Source: Wickerhamiella versatilis
Taxonomy: Eukaryota
Length of the DNA stretch: 64,000 bases
Assembly (NCBI GenBank): GCA_030867685.1
Contig: JAQOWU010000008.1
Coordinates: forward strand, 620,001 to 684,000
Direction: 5' to 3'
The stretch's first letter is position 1; the number at the start of each line of letters is the position of its first letter. Positions 29,099 through 37,756 of the stretch are shown one piece after another. The notes under the pieces were generated by a model. The model made no database searches, was not told the origin of the DNA, and saw nothing but the letters and a program-made list of their open reading frames with translations. Both the position numbers and the translations under genes were made by a program.

Positions 29099-30829
29099 TT
29101 AGTTGAAGCCATCATCAGAATCAGAATCTATCAATTCATAATTAATCTGGCTTCGCATTGATGGTTCCTTTCCTGGTAAGACATGTGACTGGTCTACTGA
29201 TGCATTGCGAGATCTTGAAGTTTGCAAAGATTTGGAGTTTTCTCGTGTGAGCCGGGTAGGTTGGCGTGCTACTGGTGGCCTCACAGGTCGATTCTGCTCT
29301 GATTCTGATTCTGATTCTGATCCCGGCTCTGAGTCTGGTACTATCTCTTGTGGAATGCCTTCAGAGGAGTTTGCTTTGTTTGCGTCATTTTCAAGCGCCT
29401 CAATTGGCTCCTTCTGTCTTTTAACATTCTCCTCGATTGCTCGGTCTACATAAGTTTCGATCGCATCTTTATCACCTTTTTCAACAAATTGGGCAATGAG
29501 TTCCTCCATTGATTTAGACTTCAGGACTTTCAGATCAGAAAGAAATTCGTGAACTAGAGTTTCAAGACTTACACGTGAGTCCGCTGTACCAAACCGATTA
29601 CGTGCAGATTGCTCTAGTGCATCCAAAACTGCTCCAGCCTGGCCCTTAGGGGTAGGGGTGACTTTTTTTGTGAAAACTTGAAGCACATCTGTAGTATTGG
29701 CCACCCTTCCAACAAATCTCCCACTGAAACGTGCCACATTTTCTATCTCATACCCCCCAGAATAGTCAACCTTAAAGCGAATGAGGGGAAGAGGAATTTC
29801 AGTTTTATCAGGGTTTGCTTGCACCCACTGAGACATAGCTCGGTCTATAAGATTATCAACTTGGTTGACTAGCCACTCATTCAGCTCTTCTTTAGCAGAT
29901 GGGCTGGCAAGGTCTATTCCACTTTCTTCCAGAACAGAGGCAGTCCGAATAGCAAAAGGCCTCACAGTTCTTAGAGGGATTTTTTCAAGATGAAATTCTT
30001 TCTCATTGCCAATGCTAAGAATAGCTACGTGTTTTGTCACTGCTTCACCTTCTGTGAGGCTGGTAGCAACACTACTTCCTGGTTGTATGACCATGAATCC
30101 CTTATGTTCATTGCGTCGAGGCTCTATCAAGCACTCATGCTCATGTCCCCATATTACAAGGTCCAAGAAGTCAGGCAGCACTTCTTCTGGTAAATAGTTC
30201 GTTGCAGAAGTCGATCTTCCAGAATGATTCTGGTGAACTAGAAGTATTGAGAAATAATCTTCAGGGTTCTCTTTGGCACGGAGGAACCGAACACGACTGT
30301 CACGAAATTGCCGAAATAATCGCTCATCCCGTATATTGGCGATGCCATAAAGTGCAATCTTAGCATCTCCCTTTTTCAACAAGATAGGTTTCACCACAAT
30401 CTCTTCATTGTCGTCCACCCGTCCAAAATTATTTATAAGCCCGGAACTCTCAAGGATATCATTCATACTTAGCATATTAGTACCGCCACTATCATCGTGG
30501 TTACCACTTATCCCAAAAACTGGAATGGCAACGTTGATATTTGGGTCCTCATGATTCACCTCTTTCATATCACCAAGGCTTAGCGTTTCGAATTCAATAG
30601 GTTTATCACCGAGAACATTTTTCTTCAAAGCCTCTAAAACTCTAAATATTGACCTTTTTGATGGCTTATTGTGATGAAAGAGGTCTCCAGCTTGTAGCAC
30701 GAAATCTACGTTGCGGTTCTTCGCAATTTGCATAATTTCATCGAAAGTATTTGCTGCGTCCTCCCCCCTCACATGGTCTCCTTCATTATATCCAACATGG
30801 TTGTCAGTTGTGACAAGCACATTGAACAT
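29099..30829 (-). CDS. MRE11: Double-strand break repair nuclease
   Basis: TDNHVGY, GDLFH, GNHDD, VHQNH, WGHEH, QPGSSVATSL phosphoesterase motifs. Confidence 0.97.
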   Translation of the reverse strand: MFNVLVTTDNHVGYNEGDHVRGEDAANTFDEIMQIAKNRNVDFVLQAGDLFHHNKPSKRSIFRVLEALKKNVLGDKPIEFETLSLGDMKEVNHEDPNINVAIPVFGISGNHDDSGGTNMLSMNDILESSGLINNFGRVDDNEEIVVKPILLKKGDAKIALYGIANIRDERLFRQFRDSRVRFLRAKENPEDYFSILLVHQNHSGRSTSATNYLPEEVLPDFLDLVIWGHEHECLIEPRRNEHKGFMVIQPGSSVATSLTEGEAVTKHVAILSIGNEKEFHLEKIPLRTVRPFAIRTASVLEESGIDLASPSAKEELNEWLVNQVDNLIDRAMSQWVQANPDKTEIPLPLIRFKVDYSGGYEIENVARFSGRFVGRVANTTDVLQVFTKKVTPTPKGQAGAVLDALEQSARNRFGTADSRVSLETLVHEFLSDLKVLKSKSMEELIAQFVEKGDKDAIETYVDRAIEENVKRQKEPIEALENDANKANSSEGIPQEIVPDSEPGSESESESEQNRPVRPPVARQPTRLTRENSKSLQTSRSRNASVDQSHVLPGKEPSMRSQINYELIDSDSDDGFN

Positions 30830-31452
30830 TCTCCGTGGCGGCCTGTGGGTTTAGAGTTACCCCTTACCCTGATATGTGGTTTCTAGGGTAGTAGAGCATT
30901 CACTACGGTAAAGAAAAATTTAAAAAGGAATAGACCCACAAAAAATGTTGTCATTTCGATAGAGAAACCTATAAGGTTCCTTTTACCCATTATTTACCAA
31001 ACTATTTATCTTCCACTTCCGATTCAGTTTGCATGGCGTATTTCATGCTCTTAATTGGTTCAAAATATGTCTTTATGCTTCACTCAGTCACCTATTTTGG
31101 CTTCTTAAACTTTGCTAAAAGCACGTCCGGTACTCTAACACAGTATGTTCTGTTGGGCAAGAGGCACCACATTGGCGACAGCCTAGTTGCCTGAGAAGAT
31201 CAGCAAATAAATAAATGAAGTGAAAGGTAGATTTTAATGCATAAGATCCTAACATGAATGACGCCGGGACGGTCTAAAATAATTTATTCGTTAGGCTATT
31301 TTGGCTAAGGCAGGCCAAGAAAATAACAAATTAGCACAAATAGATAGATAAATTCAGACTCACTTAGTGTTGAACGGTACTGGTGCTCGTTTTGCTTTGT
31401 GGACCCATAAACGTACTGATTCTACTCTACCTGGCCTGCTGACGAATTCGGC

Positions 31453-32400
31453 ATGCATCAGATGCGTGGGCACATATACTATAAAACCTCTCGGACACGA
31501 GCTAAAGGAAGGTGGTTTAATAGGAAGCTCAGTGATATCATCGGTGAGCTTGGCCCAGGCGTAGTTTCTGTAAGTGGCGATCCCCATCGTATAATTCAGA
31601 ACAAAGATATCATAGAATTTGTCACGCATGTTCATGAGCCCAGCACTCCTCAAAAAGTACCAGTAATTTTCCAAGATATAGATTTTGTCGTTGTCAATAA
31701 GCCCAGTGGCTTACCGACACACCCGTCGCTAAATTACTACCGAAACTCAGTTACTCAGCTGTTGGAGCCAGAATTTAGCGAGCTTTATCCATGCTATCGA
31801 TTGGATAGGCTTACATCTGGTCTACTGATATTGGCTAGGTCCGCAGATGCAGTGAAAAAGTTTCATAAGTTGCAGAAATATAAAACGTATCTTGCGCGGA
31901 CTCAATGGCCTCATGGCATCAAGGATACTCGAGAAATAGCGTACAACATTCCTGTATTTAATTCAAAAAGAGGGTATTCCGCATTTAAAACTGCCCTTGA
32001 GTGTGCAAAGCCAGCGAGAACTATAATAAAACCAATGTCTGAGAATGAGCTGTCGTGCGAGCCCTTGACTGGCCGCACTCATCAAATTAGGAAACATTTC
32101 GCACTGGCTGGAATACCTATCAAGAATGATCCACTATATTCCGATGGAACCTGGGTTAGGCTGGTCAAAGAGCCCAACGAAAAAAACTTTATGGCAATGT
32201 GGGAAAATGCCGAGAAGCGAAGAACAGCTAAAATGCTTTCGTCGCGATGCAAAGATTGCAATGCAGAGATGTACAGCAGCGCAGCCACAGAAAGTCTAGA
32301 TTTGCACTGTGCATATTATCAGCTCGGTCAACTCAAATTCTTTGTTGATCCACCTTGGCGGGAGGCAATGGCCCAAGAGTCACGGTTTGAGGGTAGTTGA
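31453..32400 (+). CDS. RluA-family pseudouridine synthase (Pus6/Pus9/Rib2-like)
   Basis: VNKPSGLPTHP, catalytic RLDRLTSG, PLTGRTHQIRKH, PIKNDPLY, LDLH. Confidence 0.9.
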   Translation: MHQMRGHIYYKTSRTRAKGRWFNRKLSDIIGELGPGVVSVSGDPHRIIQNKDIIEFVTHVHEPSTPQKVPVIFQDIDFVVVNKPSGLPTHPSLNYYRNSVTQLLEPEFSELYPCYRLDRLTSGLLILARSADAVKKFHKLQKYKTYLARTQWPHGIKDTREIAYNIPVFNSKRGYSAFKTALECAKPARTIIKPMSENELSCEPLTGRTHQIRKHFALAGIPIKNDPLYSDGTWVRLVKEPNEKNFMAMWENAEKRRTAKMLSSRCKDCNAEMYSSAATESLDLHCAYYQLGQLKFFVDPPWREAMAQESRFEGS

Positions 32401-33167
32401 ATAGGTGGATAGCTTCTATACTCAAGCTCAGAATTGATCTGCACAACACTCAGCTCTTTGGCCTGCTTGTCTGCCCACCCGGTGTCAGACCTTGATATAT
32501 TTGCTACAAGTTTACGCATACTTTGGTCAAGAAATTTTACATCTCTCGGGACTCGATTTACAAATAGAAGGTAAAGCCCGTCAGGGCCAGCCTTGTTATC
32601 CAACCACGCCCGTGCAAGGGATCTGCGCATTAATCTTGCTGTCTTCGTTCGATACACAGCGTAATGGAACGGATTCTTTGATGCGTAGGTTGCAGGTCCC
32701 TGTTCACCGTTATACTGTTCGCCGCGTTTGAAAAACACGGCTACGGCAGGCCTAGTCTTGCGAGCTAAAGATATGGGATGCCATGCAGGATACCAATAGC
32801 AACTGAACATATCACATCGCCATCTTGATTTACATGACCTGGTGAGGTTTTTCTCGAATAGGATTCGAACGGCAATAGAATTAAGGCCACGAGCCTCAGA
32901 TGGTTTCGAAATATGCGATGTTTCGGGTGTGACGAAGCTGGAGTGCTGAAAATGAGGTTTTGCGTTCGTATATAGCCATGCATCGTCAAATATTTTCTCA
33001 AGAATAGCTACTGGTTTTGGTGGTGAACGATCAAGTCTCGAGCCTGCATTGAGCTGTCTCTGGGCCTCTTTACAACCTTTAAGTGGCTGCTTTGGCCGAC
33101 TTTTAGGTACCTTTGACGCAGCTCTGTTCCTTACATATGCTGCCGCTGCTACTATGGTGATTCTCAT
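32328..33167 (-). CDS. Basic hypothetical protein, probably mitochondrial; C-terminal half RnpA-like
   Basis: 279-aa ORF from ATG 33167; Arg/Lys/Ala-rich N-terminus without acidic residues; overlaps the PUS gene 3' end by 73 bp. Function is inference only. Confidence 0.65.
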   Translation of the reverse strand: MRITIVAAAAYVRNRAASKVPKSRPKQPLKGCKEAQRQLNAGSRLDRSPPKPVAILEKIFDDAWLYTNAKPHFQHSSFVTPETSHISKPSEARGLNSIAVRILFEKNLTRSCKSRWRCDMFSCYWYPAWHPISLARKTRPAVAVFFKRGEQYNGEQGPATYASKNPFHYAVYRTKTARLMRRSLARAWLDNKAGPDGLYLLFVNRVPRDVKFLDQSMRKLVANISRSDTGWADKQAKELSVVQINSELEYRSYPPIQLPSNRDSWAIASRQGGSTKNLS

Positions 33168-33237
33168 CACCAACCGTTTATTAAGCCGACTCAGGCAGTA
33201 TTCTATAAAACAACACCAAAACCACTAAACTAGTAGA

Positions 33238-33945
33238 CTATGTGGGCCTTGCCTCCGTCCGAATGATGGTATCTTTATGTCCAGGTGGGGAGAAATCTGG
33301 GAATTCAGGATTACCAGGACGAGTTACGAAAGTAGTCTGATATCCTGCTTCATCTGCTGCCTCGATTTCTTTAGGGTTATCAGAATAGAACATAATGTCC
33401 TTTGGTTCAGCATTAACCGCCGATGCTATCACGTTGTAGGATTTACTCTCAGTTTTTGGACCAGCATTTACAGTGTCAAAGTAGCCGCGGAACAGGCTCG
33501 TTAAGTCACCTTGCTCGGTATGGCTGAAAAGAAGCTTCTGCGCCATGACACTCCCAGAAGAATATATGTACAGGTCTTCAGCATGTCGCAGGGTCTGAAG
33601 TGCTGGTACAACATCAGGAAAGAGTTCTACTTTCAAGTCCCCTTGCTCATATCCTCTTTTCCACAAGAACCCCTGCAAAGCTTTCAGATAGGACGACTTC
33701 ACGTCATGCTCTGTGAGATATTTCATATGCTCTAACAATGTCTCTGCAGAGCCTCTATACTCTGCAGGAAACTTTCCAAGGTAATATGCTATATCTTCCT
33801 CATTATCGGTTGATACTGTGGGGAATTGTACCTTTGGCACATCATGCGCAGCTCGTTCCAACGCATAAGGATAGAGCTTATCCTTAACAAAGGAGATAGG
33901 GCACAACGTTCCTTCTATGTCGAAAATTGCCGCAACTACCGTCAT
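33238..33945 (-). CDS. UTR4: Enolase-phosphatase E1 (methionine salvage)
   Basis: FDIEGTLCPISFVKDKLYPYA, LKALQG, IYSSGSVMAQKLLF, FYSDN; TCACGTG 20 bp upstream (33965-33971). Confidence 0.95.
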   Translation of the reverse strand: MTVVAAIFDIEGTLCPISFVKDKLYPYALERAAHDVPKVQFPTVSTDNEEDIAYYLGKFPAEYRGSAETLLEHMKYLTEHDVKSSYLKALQGFLWKRGYEQGDLKVELFPDVVPALQTLRHAEDLYIYSSGSVMAQKLLFSHTEQGDLTSLFRGYFDTVNAGPKTESKSYNVIASAVNAEPKDIMFYSDNPKEIEAADEAGYQTTFVTRPGNPEFPDFSPPGHKDTIIRTEARPT

Positions 33946-35035
33946 GGCGATCTGTCAGCTACAATCACGTGGGACACACGAAGCAATTTGTAAACACGAG
34001 ACACGACAGGAACGGAACTACATTTAGTATATTTCACAAAAGCACGTTTGCACCAACTATTATTAGGTGCAAAATAGTTCGCAGCAATGGCCGTACATAA
34101 CTAAAGAATTGGCTTAGGGCTCAGGTGCAAGGTCATTGGACGGAAAATGCAGCAATGGCTGCTAACTAGGCTCATTACTAACAACGTATATGACTCCCAT
34201 GACTCAAGATGTGATCCTTAATTTAGGCAGGCAGGCACCACATATTCGATATCATTGCATAGCAACACAAAATGTTCTCTTATTTGTCCAAGAAGCATTG
34301 AGGAATTGACAACGGGTTTTCACGACTGCTAGGTATAGGGGATGGTACCTTTAATGACGTCATAGATATAGTGTAGCAGCTACGATCCACGCATAGCTAG
34401 TTACGCTATGAAAATCAGTGCATGCCTCTTTAAGAAATTTGAGGCACCTATTCTTAATGTCATTTTCGATTTTACAGCGTGAATTCGAACAGAAACTATA
34501 ATAGATCTCGCATCTCCGGTCCGGTTATTCAGATAAAAAATACCCGCCCTTGCACACATGATATTAGGTAAGCTGTCTATGATAGTTCGACAGCAACACC
34601 ACTAAAAAGGTCTTGTCTACAAGATATTAAACATACTCACAGTCATTAAAACATGGATATGACACAGCTTGCACTATCTACATTTGTTAGCAAAAGTTAG
34701 TTGGCTCGTAGTCTCCTAACGGATATATGCTTTTCTTACCGGCAACGGGCGGATAACCGACATTCATGATGTGTGATGTAAGGGTTGGAACTTGTCCGAG
34801 AGAAGAAATCGGTTTAAGCTCGAAATAACATTTTGCTATGCTCGGAAAATTTCAAAATATCTGTGCTTGCCATAATAGCGTATAATTATTTCTCCTGAAA
34901 GCCTCCTTTTTTATCATGCTGGAACATTCGTGTGGGTTAGGGTGGACAGGGGCTGCCGGGGAGAGACATTTATTTAAACCGGATTATCTAAGACTTGATA
35001 GTTCTAGCCCGATCACATTAACGGTCTAAATCTCT

Positions 35036-35977
35036 ATGTCTAGAAGAGGGACTTGGTCTTCTGATGAGGACCAAAAACTTATCGAGCTTGTAGAGAGTAC
35101 CCAACCAGTCAAATGGGTTCGGATATCCGCGAGTATGGGCACTCGTTCGTCGAAGCAATGCAGGGAGCGATACCACAACTACCTGAAGCCTTCACTAAAT
35201 AGGCAACGAATCACGGAGGAGGAGGGTCACCTTATTGAAAAACTTGTTAATGTACATGGCAAGCGTTGGGCCGAGATCAGTAGACACTTGGTGGGGAGGT
35301 CTGATAATGCAATCAAAAATTGGTGGAATGCAAATACAAACCGCAGAAGATATTCAAACTCGCATCTTCAGTCGTCTCCCGAGTCTACAGTGAGTCGTAA
35401 CGCACCTATTTATGGGTATGCTAACCAGTACCCAGCCCAGCACCAAAGTCAATCACAGAATACGGCACATTATTATCGTCCCATGTCGCCCCCGGCTGTG
35501 GCAGTAGCATTTAAATCGGCATATAATGAGGATGATGGGAGTGTAAAGCATTTTTCTGATGCATCTCCACCGCTGCCTTCGTATTGGGAGGCCAAGGCTA
35601 GTTCCGGGGCGCCTACTGGTCAAAACACGGGGCCAATGCGCCGTCGATTTAATTCAGACTTTAACCATGAGCCCTATAGAAAGCCCTCAATCGACGACAG
35701 TTTATCTTTGTCGCAGTATTCGCTCTCGAGCTGTCATACTTCACCAGCAAGTCGCCGCTCGAGCTTAAATATAGCACCATCACCAATCTCAATAGGTCCC
35801 CCATGTATGTCTGGGATGACAGGAGGTACCCACAGTAATTCCCGGTTACCAGGCTTGCCATATCTCCTTCCAAATCATACTAACCCTCCACCACATCCCA
35901 GTAAGCCTGCATCACTCGAGAGGCTTTCCATAGCAAACTTGGTAAGTCCCACTGAAGATGCTGCCGGAGAAAAGTGA
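35036..35977 (+). CDS. R2R3 Myb transcription factor (FlbD-like)
   Basis: RGTWSSDED...RSSKQCRERYHNYLKP...GKRWAEIS..L.GRSDNAIKNWWN; C-terminal LSIANLV motif; 1.1-kb upstream region. Confidence 0.88.
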   Translation: MSRRGTWSSDEDQKLIELVESTQPVKWVRISASMGTRSSKQCRERYHNYLKPSLNRQRITEEEGHLIEKLVNVHGKRWAEISRHLVGRSDNAIKNWWNANTNRRRYSNSHLQSSPESTVSRNAPIYGYANQYPAQHQSQSQNTAHYYRPMSPPAVAVAFKSAYNEDDGSVKHFSDASPPLPSYWEAKASSGAPTGQNTGPMRRRFNSDFNHEPYRKPSIDDSLSLSQYSLSSCHTSPASRRSSLNIAPSPISIGPPCMSGMTGGTHSNSRLPGLPYLLPNHTNPPPHPSKPASLERLSIANLVSPTEDAAGEK

Positions 35978-36100
35978 TGACTCTGAAATGGAGTAGCCTG
36001 TTTATTTATAAATTTTATATACTATACTATATAACACTCAGTACCCGTTAAGTGATTTATAGGCGCTGACGAATCGTATCTGGTGGCGGCCTAGCAGATC

Positions 36101-37684
36101 ATGAGCGGAGTCCGGGGGCCTAATTCGGCCTTGACAGAATTCCTGCGTTCGCAAGGTATAAGCGCAAATGAAATTAGTCGTCGATATGCATATCGTCAAT
36201 CCCGCGAGGACGAGCAAGAAAACATAGATCGTGAAACAGAGATCGTTCAGCAGCAAGTAGAAAATGAGCCCCAGGATCCAGAAGTTAGGGCAATAGCGGA
36301 AGCTGCTGCCCGAAAAAGACGTCAGGACGCAGATGGACCAGGAAATGAGGGAACAGCTCTTTGTGCATTCTGCCAAACAAGATTCACAATCACGGTTTTT
36401 ACTCGTGAGGCCCCCGGCGGAAAAGGATGGCTTTGCAGAACTTGTGGTGCTTCCTCACGCAAGCCTGCGAAACGCACGGGAGATGCGACTGCTAAACGGC
36501 GTCGTAAGCAGCTTGCAGCAGCATTACTCGACTTACGCAATTCAGTGGCCCCTACGCTACAGGAACTATGCATTAACACTGTAGCGCAATATATCGATGA
36601 CGTTGAAGAGCTAGGAGAGTTGTCGGTGGCCAGTTTGAACCGTATAGCCCGGATTCTTTGCAAAAATAGACGCTTGACCCCCCACACAATACAATTATTT
36701 TTGAGACCTGAAATCAAATCTTTGGAGTTCTGGGATTGCAGCGGACTTACACCAGAAGCTATCAATTTGATTCCTTCGATGTGTCCAAATATTGAAACAT
36801 TAGCACTTGGCATGTGTGGCCAGATGATAGATGAAAATCTAGAGAGATTGGCATCAGGCTTACCTCACTTACAGAATTTATATCTCGATGGACCATTTCT
36901 CATTCGGAAGTCAGCATGGATGGATTTTTTTGACAGTGTTGGGCCTCGTCTGAAAAAATTCGCTTTAAAATCTGTGTATCGTATTGATGTAGAAGCTCTC
37001 GCTGTGATGATTGAATCATTCAAAGACTCATTGGAGTCGCTCTCCCTTTCCCGTCTCTCACAGCTGGCCGATTCCACTCCTTTTTTTATGCTTTCAGATC
37101 TTGAAAGTATAAAAGAGCTGGAGTTAATGGAACTAGATCCTGGAGCATGGTCTGATGCTGCACTTGTTTCCTTTTTGAATGCACGAGGACATCAGTTGAC
37201 CAAGCTGGTGATCGATGGTGATGAGTCTATTGGTGATAGTGTGATTGATGCAATTGCGCAAAATTGTGTCATTCTCCAGCATCTCGAACTGAAAAGGTTG
37301 CCATCTATCACAGAAGAATCAGTCATTAGATTATTCGAAGGGTGGGATGAGGCCGAAAGCAACCTAGGGTTGACAACTTTGTCTTTGGAGCGTTGTATCA
37401 CTCTTGGGGACCCAGCAATTTCTGCAGCCCTGAATCATGCAAGAACTACATTAGTAGATGTCAACATCAATTCACTCAAGCTTATTACTGCTAACACTCT
37501 CGTTGCATTGGCGGAACTTCCTAATCTGACGCGGCTTGACATTGGCTTTGTTGGTTGTGCAGACCCAGTTCATATATATAAACTATCCACATGCAAGTCA
37601 CTTCGTCTTATATTGGCTTTTGGAAATATTCATCTGACAGGCATGCCATTGCCCCAAGGTGTTACTGTTCTGGGTACCATGTGA
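36101..37684 (+). CDS. RAD7: Nucleotide excision repair LRR protein
   Basis: VRGPNSALTEFL, CxxC...FTIT...LCxxC, PTLQELCI (BC box), LRRs, GPFLIR. Confidence 0.93.
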   Translation: MSGVRGPNSALTEFLRSQGISANEISRRYAYRQSREDEQENIDRETEIVQQQVENEPQDPEVRAIAEAAARKRRQDADGPGNEGTALCAFCQTRFTITVFTREAPGGKGWLCRTCGASSRKPAKRTGDATAKRRRKQLAAALLDLRNSVAPTLQELCINTVAQYIDDVEELGELSVASLNRIARILCKNRRLTPHTIQLFLRPEIKSLEFWDCSGLTPEAINLIPSMCPNIETLALGMCGQMIDENLERLASGLPHLQNLYLDGPFLIRKSAWMDFFDSVGPRLKKFALKSVYRIDVEALAVMIESFKDSLESLSLSRLSQLADSTPFFMLSDLESIKELELMELDPGAWSDAALVSFLNARGHQLTKLVIDGDESIGDSVIDAIAQNCVILQHLELKRLPSITEESVIRLFEGWDEAESNLGLTTLSLERCITLGDPAISAALNHARTTLVDVNINSLKLITANTLVALAELPNLTRLDIGFVGCADPVHIYKLSTCKSLRLILAFGNIHLTGMPLPQGVTVLGTM

Positions 37685-37756
37685 GTCGAAAATCAGTCTA
37701 CTTTGATTATATAATCAAAGCCCCACGCGCATCGCGTGTGCCGGTGTAGAAGAACT

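Noticed and set aside
30845-30890. TTACCCCTTACCCTG as a telomerase template or interstitial telomere
   Set aside because: Only about two degenerate units, immediately upstream of the MRE11 ATG; more simply a promoter element.
37681-37749. GTGAGT over the RAD7 stop, suggesting a spliced RAD7-SPC98 fusion
   Set aside because: No CTAAC branch point in the spacer, and the Rad7 C-terminus looks complete.
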